Source of the DNA: Chiloscyllium plagiosum | Taxonomy: Eukaryota | Assembly: GCF_004010195.1 (NCBI RefSeq) | Contig: NC_057718.1 | Coordinates: 73,430,234 to 73,494,233 of the forward strand | Direction: 5' to 3' | DNA length: 64,000 nt | Part shown: positions 13,258 to 26,464 of the stretch, in pieces | How the letters are laid out: every line of letters begins with the position of its first letter | Numbering within the stretch: the first letter of the stretch is position 1 | Position numbers and translations under genes: made by a program | The notes under the pieces: generated by a model | Told to the model about the DNA's origin: nothing | What the model saw: the letters and a program-made list of their open reading frames with translations, nothing else | Databases searched by the model: none

Positions 13258-13360
13258 TCTGACAAAGGGTCAATGAATTCTAAATGTTAAATCCACTTCT
13301 CTCTGTATAGAAGTTGCCAAACTTGCTAAGTGTCTCCAACACTTTGTGTTAGTGTTTCAG
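13258..13360 (+). mobile_element. Old PLE-type terminal fragment
   Basis: Degenerate match to the family A terminus; similar fragments near 14220-14300(-), 22295-22370(-), 42240-42345(+). Confidence 0.45.
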
Positions 13361-14357
13361 CTCTATATTTCTGTTATCTATGATCCTGTGCCTTACAAAG
13401 ACTTGGAGCAATCTCAAATGTCCCTTAATCTGTGTGATCATGGCTTTGGCCTGTTGGTAAGGAAGGGATTAATTAAACTGTTCTGACGTTTGTTCATGTC
13501 ATACTGCTGGTTTGTATTTATATAGTAGTTATGGTCAAGGACAAGTCAAATTAAACGTAATGATTACCAAGCTCTGAAATACAAGATTCTTAGAGCAATG
13601 GTTACCACCATCAATTTAGCAAATCTAATTTGAGACAATTAATATGATAGACTTCAAAATTTCAACTGGTCTACAACAGCAGTGTGTGGGGTATCAGGGA
13701 GTTTCAGAAGTGAATTTGTCAGTACATTTTTAAAGCAATCCCTGCATTTGCATTGGATTTCCACTTTCCTAATCAATGAGCACCAGCAGTCTTGATGACA
13801 GTCCTCAATTGCTTATTTCCGATCAAATGTGTAAAGGGATTCTGCTGTCGAAGGAGCCTGGTGAATTTCTGCGGAAAACTCAATTGGTGTGCAGTTTTTG
13901 AAACAGATACTGAACTAGAGACAATGAAAGCACACATTTCAACTCAATAGTGTGCTTCAGCAATGTCTTCTTGCAGGGATGCTGTGAGAAAAAGCTGACA
14001 GGGAGGTTATTTTCCTTCTCTGATAGGTAAAGGACTCTTGCTGCAATGAACAGGATCACGTGGTTTGATCAGTGAAGATGTCAGCAGCAAGTATGTGGTG
14101 CCATATCCTACATACAGTACTAGAAGAGGCTTAAATAACTTATCAGGGCAGGGAAAATAAATTACTTGGCACATTCAAGTATTTCCTGGCAAATATCTGA
14201 TTCCAACCCCATCTTATTCTGAAATAAAAACAGAAAATGTTGGAAGAACTCAATAGGTCTGGCTGCATCCATGAAGAAAGAATATAAATCTATAGTTGCT
14301 TCATCAATGACTTTCCCCCTATCATAAGATCAGAAGTGGGGTTGTTTGTTAATAATG

Positions 14358-14485
14358 AGAGAAAATGAGGGCTGCAGATGCTGGAGATCAGAGCTGAAAA
14401 TGTGTTGCTGGAAAAGCGCAGCAGGTCAGGCAGCATCCAAGGAACAGGAGAATCGACGTTTCGGGAATAAGCCCTTCTTCAGGAA
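14358..14485 (-). mobile_element. Mini PLE insertion (HHR + terminus + tail, family A)
   Basis: 15-bp TSD TGTTTGTTAATAATG at 14343-14357 and 14486-14500. Confidence 0.9.
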
Positions 14486-14519
14486 TGTTTGTTAATAATG
14501 GCATAATGCTCAGCCCCAT

Positions 14520-17122
14520 TAGCACAGCAGCATGCTACAACTTTTTACCATTCAAGTAGTAATCTATTTTGCTGTTAGTCCTATCAAAATGTATGATTTC
14601 ACTTTTATTAACATTGTATTCCATCTGCCAGACCTTTGCCTACTCACTCAATGTATCTGTGTTCCTCTGCAAAGTTTCACAGTCCTCTGCTCGCTTTGTT
14701 CTGCCACTCATCTTACTGTCATCAGCAAATTGTGACACCGTACATGCCGCCCCCAACTCCAACTCATCTATTTAAGTTGTAAATAATTGTGATCCCAACA
14801 CCGATCCCTGAGGGACACCATTCATCACTGATTGCCAACCAGAATAGCACTTATTTATCCCCGCTCTTTGCTTCTTGTCAGTCAACCAATCCTCTATCCT
14901 CATTTATTTTCTACCCCTAACACCAGGCATCTTTATCTTACACAACAGCCTCATGTGCGGCATCTTGTCAAAGGCCTTTTGGAAATCTAGGTATACCACA
15001 TCCACTGGGTCCCCGTTGTCCACCTTGCGTGAAATGTCTTCATAGAATTCCAAAAGATTTGTGAAGCATGACCTGTCCTTCATGAACCCAGGCTGTGTCT
15101 GTACAATGAGACAATTTATTTCCCGATGTCCTGCTATTTCTTCCTTGATAACAGACTCAAACATCTTCCCCACTACAGAAGTTAGGCTTACTGGCCTATA
15201 ATTCTCCATCTTTTGTCTACTTCCCTTTTTAAACAGTGGTGTCATAATTACTCTTTTCCTATCTGCTGGGACTGCCTCAGAGTCCAGCAAATTTTGGAAA
15301 ATTACTGCCAGTCCTCCTGTTATTTCTCCCACCATCTCTTTTAATACCATGGGATGCATTCCATCAGGGCCAGGAGACTTGTCTATCCTTAGCTCCATTA
15401 GCTCACTCAGCACTAGCTCTTCTGTAATAATAATTGTTTCCAGGTCCTCGGCTACCTTTGTCTCTTCGTCACTTACTAGCATGTTATTAATATCTTCCAC
15501 CGTGAAGACCGATGCAAAGTACCTGTTCAATGCCTCAGCCATTTCATCACATCCCATAACTAACTGCCCCTTCTCATCCTGTAAAGGACCAACATTTACT
15601 TTAGCCACTATTCTTCATTTTATATATTTATAGAAACTTTTGCTATCTGTCTTTATATTCCATGTTAGTTTTTTTCTCATACTCTTTCTTACTTTTCTTT
15701 ATCGCTCTTTTTGTGGCTTTTGGTAGACTTTTAAAGTTTTCCTAATCTTCTAGATTCCTGCTGTTTTTGGACACTTTGTATGCCTTCTCTCTCACCTTGA
15801 TAGCCTGCCTAATTTCCTTACATGCCCATGGCAGATTACCCCTCCTCTTATAGTCCTTCCTTCTCACCGGAATATACTTTTACTGAGCACTTTAAAAAAT
15901 TTCTTTGAAGGTCCTCCACTGCATGTCAACTGTCGCACCATAAAGTCTCTGTTTCCAATCTATGTTAGCCCGGTCCTCCCTCATTCTGTCATAGTCCCCC
16001 TTATTCAAGCACAGCACCCTGGTATTGAATCTTATCTGCATACTATCCAGCGGTATTTTAAGTTCAACCGTACTGTGATCACTCCTGCCAAGAGGATCCC
16101 TACCTATGAGGTCATTAATTATTTCTGTCTCATTACACAGGACCAGATCTAGCTTGCTTCCTTATTGGTTCCATTATATACTGTTCAAGAAAACTATCAT
16201 GGATACACTCAAAGAACTTCTCCTCAAGGCTACCCTGACTGAGCTGGTTGGATCAATCTACATGCAGATTAAAACCCCCCACAATAATAGCCGTACCATT
16301 TTTGCAGGCATTAGTTATTTCTTTGTTTATTGATCACCCCAATGTGATGTTATTATTTGGTGGCCTGTAGACTCTGCCTATCTGTGACTTTTTCATCTTG
16401 GAATTCCTAATTTCCACCCAAATGGATTCGACCTCATGATCCATTGAACCTATATCATCTCTCAGCACTGCCCTGATGTTGTCCTTGAATACCAGAGCTA
16501 CACCACCTCTCTTACATTCCTGGCTGTCCTTCCTAACAGTCTGGTATCCCTGGATACTTAATTTCCAGTCATGGCCATTCTGCAACCATGTCTCCATAAT
16601 GGCTACCAAATCATATTCTTTCACAATGATTTGTGCTGTTAACTCATCAAACTTGTTACGCATGCTATGAGCATTCAGGTAGAGTGCCTTTACGCTAGTT
16701 TGCTTACCCGTCATGATTCACAACATCATTAATATCTCCTAAGTTATCCTTCATTTTTGCTTCTTTCATAGTCTGCATTCAACTTAAACCCTCCTGCACA
16801 TATGCTAACTTGCTGCTTACCTTTTCATTTATCACCATACGTCCTGTTGCTTTCCCTCTCCCTTCCCCCGACTCACAAGTTTAAAGTCCTGGTGACCACC
16901 CTATTTATCCTTTTTGCTAGAACATTGGTTCCAGATCGGTTTAGGTGGAGACTGTCCCATTGGTATAGATTCCCCCGGTTCCCAAACTGATGCCATTGTC
17001 TCCTGAAGTGGAACCCCTCTTTCCCACACCAATCCCTTAGCCACATGTTTACTTCCCTAATTTTCTTATCCCTAAATCAATTTGCATGTGGCTCAGGCAG
17101 TAATCCAGAGATTATGACCTTG
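14520..17122 (-). mobile_element. CR1 LINE, ~2.6 kb (ORF1 end, endonuclease, RT), disrupted
   Basis: LYLNAHSMRNK, YRPPN, NYRPVSLTSVVGK, VYLDFQKAFDK. Confidence 0.95.
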
Positions 17123-17264
17123 CCACTCCCCAAATACATTGCCAGCAACGTTCCTGACAGCCTTCTGCTCAACGCTCCTGCACCTTCCTGCTGCTGGAAT
17201 AATAATGATGGGCCCCGACGCTAGAGGGGAGTTTTTATATTTTTTGCTCACCTTCCCGATAATC

Positions 17265-19290
17265 AAGGGAGAACAGTCTCAACTTTTCCAATCTATTTTC
17301 AGAACTGTTCGAGTAAATTGCTACTGCCCAATATATTGCCCACAACTGTACACAATACTTCAACAAATAGTATGGTCCAACAGGGGTATTGCACAAATTC
17401 AGCATGATCTCCTTGCTCTTATTCTCTATGCCCCAATTAATAAAGCCGAGAACATTCATTGCTCTCTCCACTGTCCTCCCACTTTCAATGATCTGAGCAC
17501 ATAAAGACAGAGGTTCCTCTGTTCCTGCACTCCTTCAGAATGGCGCTCTTGATGTTGATGTTGTCATTCTATGATCACTGACTAAAGTGCATCACAACAC
17601 ATTTCTCTGCACTGAAGCATATTTGCTAACAACCCACCCACTCCACCAACTTATCAATGCCCTTTTCATGTTCCAAACTGTCCTCCTCACAGTTTACAAT
17701 TCTCCCAAGTTTACTTTCATAGAACCAAAGAGGTCTACAGCACAAAAAAGTCCCTTGATCCCATTGCGTGCAGGCTGAACAAAAGCAACCACCTAACTAT
17801 TCTAAGCCCATTTTCCAGCACTTGACCCATAGGCTTGTATGCTTTAGTACATTTAAATATTTCTGAAATGTTATACAGATATCTGCCTCTACAGGCAGAC
17901 AGTTCTGGTTTCCTACGTACCTCTGGGTGAAAAGGTCTTTCCTCTCATCTCCTTCTGCACCTTACCTTTAATCAATGCCCCTATCATTGATCTCTCTATC
18001 AAAGGGAGAAGTTTCTTCCTGTCTACCCTTTGTATGCCCCTCATAATTTTAAACATCTCAATTATCCCCTCTCAATCTCCTCTGCTCTAAGGAAAACAAC
18101 CCCAGACTGTCTAATGTCTCTTCATAATTGAAACTCTCTAGCCCAGGAACACCCTCGTAAATCACCTCTGCATCCACTCCAGTAGTACTATCACATCCCT
18201 CCTTTAATGTGGATTCCAGAACAGCCCACAATACCCTAGCTGTGGCCTAACCAACATTTCATACAGTTCCAGCATAACCTCCCTGTTCTTAAATACTGTG
18301 CTTTAGCTAATTAAAGCAGGTATCCCATATGCCGCTTTAACCAGCTGTCCTGATGTCTTATGGGATTGGTGTACGTACACAACAAGGTTAATCTGATCCC
18401 GATTTCCAGGGTCCTACAATTTATCATGTATTCCCTTGACTTGTTTGTCCTGACCAAGTGCATCACCTCACACTTATCTGGATTGTGCCACTGCACACCA
18501 GGTTCCAGTCACACACAGCCCTCTCACATCATCCTCTGTCTCTGTCACTACACCACTTTTGGATCCATCTTGGCAGGTTACCCTTGATCCCATGAGCTTA
18601 ACTTTTTTAACAGTTTCCTACGTGGAACCTTATCAAAAGCCTTGCTGAGATCCATATAACTTTCATCAAGTGCCTTGCCCTTATCCAAACACTTTGTCAC
18701 TTCCTCGAAAAATTCTACCAGATTTGTTAGGCATGATCGCCCTCTGACTAAACCATGCTGACAATCCCTGAAGAAACGTTGCCTCTCTAAATGCAGATAA
18801 ATTTTCACCTTCACTATTCGCTCTAATAATTACCCTACCAATGATGTTTGATTCACTGGTCTACAGTTTCCCTGGTCTATCTATATGACCCTTCTTGTAA
18901 AATGGAACCACGTTAGCTGTATTCTGACACCTCTTCTGTGGCCAGAGATGTTTTAAAAGTCAAGGCTCCTGTAAGTTCCTCCCTTGTCTCCCACAGCAGC
19001 CTGGGATATGACTCGTCCAGACCTCGAGATTTGTTCACTTTTAAATCTTTCAAAACCTCCAACATCTCATTGCTTCTTAAATTAGTCATCTCGAAAACTT
19101 TAAAGTTCACCTTCTTGAATTCTATACTTCCATCCTCTTTTTCCCAACCAAATACAGACATGAAATACTTACTTAACACACTACTAATGCCCTCCAGCTT
19201 CACGCACTGATTGCATTCTTGGCCCTACTCTTTCCCTGGCTATTCTCTCCACCTTGATATACTTGTAGAATATCTTAGGATTCTCCCTCA
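17265..19290 (-). mobile_element. Two adjacent decayed CR1 fragments
   Basis: QHGLVRGRSCLTNL, YMDLSKAFDKV, KCEVMH; second 3' end begins near 17718. Confidence 0.85.
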
Positions 19291-19544
19291 TCTTGCCCAC
19301 CAGCATTTTCTGTCTGTTAATTCGAGTCTTTGGATCCTGGCAGTTTGCTGTAAAAAATTTGTTATACAATTTAACCTGCCTTGTGTCCTACATTATGATG
19401 TGCCAAAAGACCTAGCATCAAACAGTCACTGAAATTTATTTAGTTACCACATCACTCATTTGAGTAATATGCAGAATGTATTTCAGTGCTGGTGTTAGCC
19501 ATATGTCCCAAAAACTGACAGATCATATGAAGCAGCCTATCCCT

Positions 19545-19987
19545 TTTGCCCGAAACGTCGATTTTCCTGCTCTTCAGATTAGATTAGATTACATTACATT
19601 ACAGTGTGGAAACAGGCCCTTCGGCCCAACAAGTCCACACCGACCCACCGAAGCGTAACCCACCCATACCCCTACATTTACCCCTTAACTAACAGTAAGG
19701 GCAATTTAGCATGGCCAATTCACCTAACCTGCACATTTTTTTTTGGACTGTGGGAGGAAACTGGAGCACCTGGAGGAAACCCACGCAGACACGGGGAGAA
19801 TGTGCAAACTCCACAGAGTCAGTTGCCTGAGGCAGGAATTGAACCTGGGTCTCTGGCGCTGTGAGGCAGCAGTGCTAACCACTGTGCCACTGTGCCGCCC
19901 ACAGATGCTGCTTGACCTGCTGTGCCTTTCCAGCACCTCTCTAATCTAGACTCTGGTTTCCAGCATCTGCAGTCTTTGTTTTTACCT
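19545..19987 (+). mobile_element. Mini PLE terminus split by a SINE
   Basis: GCCCGAAACGTCGA..tail; 25-bp direct repeat at 19520-19544 and 19988-20012. Confidence 0.85.
19577..19900 (-). mobile_element. HE1/V-SINE
   Basis: Full head, V-domain and tail. Confidence 0.92.
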
Positions 19988-20140
19988 AGATCATATGAAG
20001 CAGCCTATCCCTCTGGCTGTTTTTGACAAGCAAGTTAATGATCACATTCAACCAGCAGGTGCTTGCACATCTCAGGTCACAGTAGACTATAGATGTGATG
20101 TTGTAATTGGACAATATTCGCTAAATAATTCTGAGTATGA

Positions 20141-20457
20141 GTGTGTGGCACAGTGGCTCAGTGGTTAGCACTGCTGCCTCATAGCGCCAGGAACCTGGGT
20201 TTGATTCCAGCCTCGGGCGACTGGCTGCGTGGTGTTTGCACATTTTCCCTGTGTCTGTGTGGGTTTTCTCCGGGTGATCTGGTTTCCTCCCACAGTCCAA
20301 AGATGTGCAGGTCAGGTGAATTGACCATGCTAAATTGCCCATAGTGTTAGGTGCATTAGTCAGAGGGAAATGGGTGTGGATGGGTTACCCTTTGGAGGGT
20401 CGGTGTGGAATTGTTGGACTAAAGTACCCATTTCCACGCTGTAGGAATCTAATCTAA
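20141..20457 (+). mobile_element. HE1/V-SINE, second subfamily
   Basis: Diagnostic GTGCATTAGTCAGAG segment shared with 42533 and 52451 copies. Confidence 0.9.
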
Positions 20458-20839
20458 GAAAATGCAGATGAATTGCATTATCAATTGAGTATTTTCAACG
20501 GGGTTGGCTGTATCAAGCTTGTGTTTACTGAAAGCCATATATGCTAATACATAGGGTCCCGTTGTTCACAGACAGAAATAAAATATACACACACTGTTCC
20601 TGTTTCAACTAAGCAAAATAGGTGAAAGCCATCGTCAGATTAATTTCCCATGACTATCTCTTGACCTATCAGAGTTAATCTGCCTGGTTTTAACTTCAAA
20701 CAAAGCTTGACAGTTAACTATCAGTCTCTGGTACATTCTCCACACCAATTAGTGTCACTTGCAAACCAATTAACACTCCCCATTGATATTTTTTATGAAC
20801 TATCCTGACGAGTACAAGACAAAAACATTGAATGAAGTA

Positions 20840-21420
20840 ATAGAATCATAGAATCATGTCATTCAGCACCTTGAATCTGCACCAACACATGAGAAACACC
20901 TGACCTTCAATCTAATCCCATTTCCAGCACTTGGCTCATAGTCTTGAATGCTATGATGTGCCAAGTGCTCATCCAGGTACTGCGTAAGTGATGTGAGGCA
21001 ATTTGTCTTTACCACTCTCCCAGGCAGTGCATTCCAGACCATCACCACCTTCTGGGTAAAAGCATTTTTCCTTGCATCCCCCCTAAACTTCCTGCACTTC
21101 ACCTTGAACCTGTGTCCCCTCATGACTGACCCTTCAACAAAGGAGAGCTGCTGCTGCTTATCTACTCTATCCAAGCCCCTCATAATCTTGTATACTTCAA
21201 TTAGATCACCCCTCAGTCTTGTCAGTTACAACAAAAACAACACAGGCCGATTCAACCTTTCCTCATAACTTAAATTTTTCATTCCAGACAACATACTGGT
21301 GAATTTCTTCTGCACCCCCTCTCGTGCAATCACATCCTTCCTGTAATGTGATGACCAGAACTCCAGCTAGTATTCTAGATATGGTGTCATCAAAGTTTTA
21401 TACAACTCCAACATAACTTT
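20840..21420 (-). mobile_element. CR1 LINE 3' fragment
   Basis: MRGLDRVD..RGHRFKV..WNALP; (ATGATTCT)n tail. Confidence 0.88.
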
Positions 21421-22140
21421 GGTAGGAGTAATAGTAAAAAGGACTATTACTTGAATGATAAAACATTGCAGCATGCTGCTATGGAGAGGGACCTGGTGTC
21501 CTTGTGTATGAATCACAAAAGGTTGGTTTGATTAGAAACAGTGTGGAAACAGGCCCTTCAGCCCAACAAGTCCACACCGACCCGCCGAAGCGCAAACCAC
21601 CTAGATCCATTCCTCTACATTTACCCCTTCACCTAACACTACGGGCAATTTAGCATGGCCAACTCACCTCACCTGCATATTTTTGGACTGTGGGAGGAAA
21701 CCGGAGCAAACCCACACAGACACAGGGAGAATGTGCAAACTCCACACAGTCAGTTGCCTGAGGCAGGAATTGAACCCAGGTCTCTGGCGCTGTGAGGCAG
21801 CAGTGCTAACCATTGTGCCACCGTGCCGTGCAGGTACAATGAGTAATTAGGAAGGCAAATGGAATTTTGTCCTTCATTGCTTAAAGGGATTGAATTTAAA
21901 AGCAGGGAGGTTGTGTTGCAATCGTATAGAGTGCTGGTGAGGTCACACCTGGAAAAGTGCATGCAGTTTTCGTCTCCCTACTTGAGAAAGGATGTACTGG
22001 CCCTGGAGGAGGTTCACTAGGTTGATTTTGGAGTTGAGGGGATTGGCTAATGAGGAGAGTCTGAGCATTCATTGGAATTTTGAAGAATGAGGAGGGATCT
22101 GATAGAAACATATAAAAACAATAGATAAGATATGGGTGGC
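21421..22140 (+). mobile_element. CR1 LINE fragment with nested SINE
   Basis: RDLV, KANGILSFI, YRVLVRSHLE-type coding. Confidence 0.8.
21530..21828 (-). mobile_element. HE1/V-SINE
   Basis: Full head, V-domain and tail. Confidence 0.92.
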
Positions 22141-23019
22141 ACGGTAAGTTATGTTGATGGGTCTGTCTAGGGACCAAATCTTCATTCAGAAGGACATAAA
22201 TGCCAGTCACTACCTCCCTGGACAGCCAAAAAAAGTGCTTACTGGTACTTAGAGAATACCAGGTAGATAAACCTGTTAGGGTGCTCATGGTCAAAAACAA
22301 TAAAACAGTAATTGCTGGTCTGGCAGCATCTGTGGAGACAAAGTAGAGTTAATGTTTCAGGTACAGATTCTTCTAACAATCCTGTGCTTATTGACCTTCA
22401 CTAGCTTCTGATAAAGAAACAATTTGGTTTTAAAATGCACATTCTTGTTTCAATCCCTCAATGGCCTTGTTCCTTGCTATCTGTGTAATCACTGGACCAA
22501 TTTGAAATCCAGCCTTCTCTGAGAATGTAACCTTGAGAGAATAGATCATTCCATAAGATATTATGTGTTAACATACATTTTGCTCCTGAAATAGGGGCAA
22601 GGTATGTGCCAGATTCTCATCATCATCAAGGCTCATTCAAAAACAGTCCCAAGAGCACGATTAGTTGGAGACAAGCCTTCTATGTGAGGCAAAGCTTCTG
22701 TTAGCTCCATTTCTGGAAAGAATTCAAGCAGATTTCTCTGTGCAGTTAGAATGAAGTGAGCACAAAGCTCTCGGAATTAGTAAGCAGCTAAGAGTTAGAT
22801 TTAGGACTCAGATGTCTTTGGGAGTTGAGAAGGTGAGATGATTGTTGGCTTTTTGTGCTGAGAGAAAACCACAAGGAATAATTTAGCTGAGTGAAGTCAG
22901 TTAGCTATCATTAATGTTTGAATTTAGTTGAGAATAGGTGTTGAAAAATCTATATGGAATATTTGCTTCACCCACCTCAGCAAGATCAGACTCAGGGCCA
23001 TATAAGATCGTTTTGCTTT

Positions 23020-23218
23020 AATGTGTTTCATTAATGCAAATTCACTATAATACGATTGACGAATTGAGGGCACTATTTCTATAGTGCAAACTTTTAAAGG
23101 ATGTATTGGTTATAATGTGATTCCGCCCCATTCATTTAAATTGTGCTGATATTAAGCAATTTTCTTATAACATAGGATTGTACGAGAACTGAACTACCGT
23201 GTTATAGCAGAACTGACT
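23020..23218. mobile_element. Probable Tc1/mariner-type MITE remnant
   Basis: Ends GTTATAGCAGAACTGACTG (CAGT-type TIR) with internal ATAA(C/T) subrepeats; left TIR not found. Confidence 0.4.
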
Positions 23219-23559
23219 GCATCTAGTTGAAGAAAATCTGTTGGTGAGAAGCTGAAGTTGTGTTAGTGAATACATACTGGAGTGCAGAGTCACAGTCAAA
23301 AGCAGAATGCACCAACGCCAAAAGGGTGATTGACTAGACAAGGAATAGTAATTGAGGCAGTCCATGATGGAATGGTTCTAGAGAGGGAGTTTCAAGGCTA
23401 AGTCAAAAATTAAACTGCAATATTTTGTGAAGTTAAATGAGAATTGATGATCCACTGCATCATTAACATCTGGCGGGGGAGCAAGGGGGAGGCAAGGGGG
23501 GGAGGGTGGAGGGGGAATTGTTGAGAAATCCATGGGATCTTCCTTGATAGTATTTGCTA

Positions 23560-24200
23560 TATTTGATACATGTTATTGGTTGTTTGCTCAGTCTATTACC
23601 TACATTTATGTTGTTAATTTTGGGTCTTAGAAATAAATTGTACATATATTGCAGACTTTACTACTGTTCTAACATTATATAGTAAAGCTTGCTGTTATTT
23701 GTTCAAACTCAGAATTTTGTGGCTTTATTTTCTTAGTAAGTCCCTTATCTCACCTTTTGACTACTTTAAAAATAAAAATAAAGGTTACTAGTTACTAACT
23801 GGATAACATAAAGCTGGTAGTCTGATCTGGAATCAAAATAACTGGAGGCTTTTCTGGGATTGGTAACATAAAGTTGGCAATCTGGTCTGAAATTATAACA
23901 GTAAAAAAAAGTAGGAACAATTGCAACTTGGAGTAGCTGCACTTATTCAGGATATTTTGACTGGAGAAAAAGGGTATACAGCTATCAACAAGACACAGAT
24001 AGAATTTATAATGGATTGAACCTTAAGTTAATAAAGGATTAATCATAATAATTTTAGTCTAAAAACTTGTAATAATGGAAAGGAGTTGGAGAAAGAAGTT
24101 ATACAATTAGGGAAGGGAGTTTTAAACATAGAATAGTCATCACTAAGGTTCAACCACTCTGATGTTAATAAGACTGAAGAGGTACATAAAGGTGATAAAT
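23560..24200 (+). mobile_element. Possible decayed LTR 3' end and leader
   Basis: AATAAA, duplicated TAACATAAAG..ATAAC(A) unit at 23804-23842 and 23864-23900. Confidence 0.3.
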
Positions 24201-24317
24201 GATGTATCGTCCTATATGTTCAGTTTTTTGATTTGGCCTTGAAATCTCGTATGTAACCAGTCCAACAGGAAAGGTGCATTATTGTATGTAATAATAATGT
24301 AATGAATTGGAACCAGA

Positions 24318-24843
24318 GTAATCCTATCCATGCCCCTCATGATTTCGTAAACATCTATAAAGTCACCCCTCAACCTCCGATGTTCCAGGGAAAACAGCCC
24401 CAGCCTGTTCAGCCTCTCCCTACAACTCAAATTCCCCAACTCTGGCAACATCCTTGTAAATCTTTTCTGAACCCTTTCAAGTTTCATAACATCTTTCTGA
24501 TAGTTTGCTGTCCACTACACCTCCAATTTTGGTGTCATCTGCAAACTTACTGAGGTCAGGCTCACTGGCTTCTCCTTACCACCCTTTTTAAACAGTGGCA
24601 CCACGTTTGCCAACCTCCAGTCTTCCAGCACCACCCCTGTGATTATCGATGATACAAATATCTCAGCAAAAGGCCCAGCAATCACTTCTTTAGCTTCCCA
24701 CATAGTTCTCGGGTACACCTGATCAGGTCCTGGGGGTTTATCCACCTTTACTCGTTTCAAGACATCCAGCACTTCCTCCTCTGTAATCTGGGCATTTTGC
24801 AAGATGTCACCATCTATTTCCCTACAATCTATCTCCTCCATAA
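24318..24843 (-). mobile_element. Internally deleted young CR1
   Basis: Three non-contiguous segments of the same family as 60575-62562. Confidence 0.88.
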
Positions 24844-24844
24844 C

Positions 24845-25590
24845 TCATTTAAGCAAGTGGAGAGTATTCCATCACATTTCATGTAGATAGTGGACAGGTT
24901 TTGGGACAAATGAGCAGAGTTACTTGCTGAAGACTTCCTAGCCTCTGACATAGTCATGTAGCCATTATATATATGTGATTATTCCAGTTCAGTTTCTGGT
25001 CAACAATAACCCCCAGGGGTTTGGTAGTGGGAGAGTCAGCAATGGTAATACCATTAAATATCAAAGGAAGATGGCTGAAGACTCTTTTGTTAGCGATGGT
25101 CATTGTCTGTCACAAATCTTATTTGCTACCTGACAACCCATCCAAGGAGTTCTTATTGGTATTGAACATTGCACAATCATTAGCACACATCTCCATTTCT
25201 GACTTTAAGATGGAAGGGAGGTCATGGATGAAGCAGCTAAAGATGGTTGGGTGGAAGACACTACCTTGAGGCATACCTGCAGGGTTGTTCTGGGGCTGGG
25301 ATGACTGACTTCCAACCACAATAACCTTCCTTTGCTCAGGCATGATTTCAACCAAGCAGAGAGCTTTCTACCCAATACCCATTGATTTATTTTTGCTAGG
25401 GATCCTTGATGCCATATTCAGTCAAACATGGCGTTGATGTCAAGAACAGTGACTCTTGCCTCAGCCCTGGAATTCAGCTCTTTTGACCATGCTTGAACCA
25501 AGGCAGTAATAGGTGGTCAGTGAAAAACATATTGCTAAGTAAGTGCTGCTTAATAGCATTGCTAATGACACCTTCCATCTACCTTCATGG
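24845..25590 (-). mobile_element. LINE RT fragment, second CR1/L2-like family
   Basis: GMPQGSVFHPTIFSCFIHDL..MCAND (decayed FADD). Confidence 0.8.
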
Positions 25591-25782
25591 ACAAGCTTCT
25601 GACTGACAATGGAGAGCCAGGCCCAACACACTGGGGGCTTGTTGGAAAGATACCAACACCTGCATCTCATCATCCATCCACAGGTACTCTGAATTAAAGG
25701 TCTAGCAATAGGGAAATCATGAATATTGTATGCACTGCAGGTACCCCATTCTCACAATGAGAAGGGCGGTACTAGGAGACAG

Positions 25783-25871
25783 CGCTGAAAATGTGTTGCT
25801 GGAAAAGCGCAGCAGGTCAGGCAGCATCCAAGGAACAGAAGAATCGACATTTCGGGCATAAGCCCTTTTTC
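25783..25871 (-). mobile_element. Mini PLE insertion (family A, tailless, HHR mutated)
   Basis: 9-bp TSD AGGAGACAG at 25774-25782 and 25872-25880. Confidence 0.85.
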
Positions 25872-26429
25872 AGGAGACAGGAGACACCCAAGCAAAAAGA
25901 AACCACATACAGGAACCTCAGGGCAGTGCAGAATTGATGGGACCCTCCATCTTTTCCTCTATCCTACCTACTCCCTCCAAGCCTTCAAGGTTCTAGCCAA
26001 GATGAGTCAACATAACTGTCAGGAAGACACATACCATGTCTGGCCCATCCAAACAGAAGCACTCCTGGAGTTGCCTGATGAAGCCTGCAGGACGTTTGGA
26101 AAAATATATCTGTCTTAACCAGACATCGGATTGTCAATCTCTGTGTAGGGCCAAATGGCATTTTAACATCATCCTAACTACAGACCACATGGAGGTCTGT
26201 GCTGAGAACCTGCTGCATCATGTGGGAGCAAGACAATCAATGCATATACATGGTATGGGTCATGCTGATATCTTTGGCCTCTTGTAGAATATCCCTATTG
26301 TTTCACAGCCTCAATGGACAAAGGCGTAACCATCAAGGAGTTCTCCAGCCATATCTGGGGTAGAGATGTACAACAAATGGAGGGAGGGTAATGGTTGTAA
26401 GTTTGTTTGCTGAGCTGGAAGGTTTGTTT

Positions 26430-26464
26430 TCAGACATTTTGTCACCAGACGGTGTCGTCAGTGA
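26430..26464 (-). ncRNA. Decayed hammerhead motif (family D)
   Basis: Antisense TCA-CTGACGA-..-AAAA-TGTC-TGA; differs from GAAACGTC by CpG-type changes; stem I UCA/UGA intact. Confidence 0.5.

Noticed and set aside
14904..15608. 234-aa RT-like ORF as a functional gene
   Set aside because: Fragment of a CR1 ORF2 broken by stops and frameshifts on both sides
23472..23516. G-rich tract with quadruplex potential (also 39441-39470)
   Set aside because: Low-complexity sequence in probable TE debris, with no evidence of function
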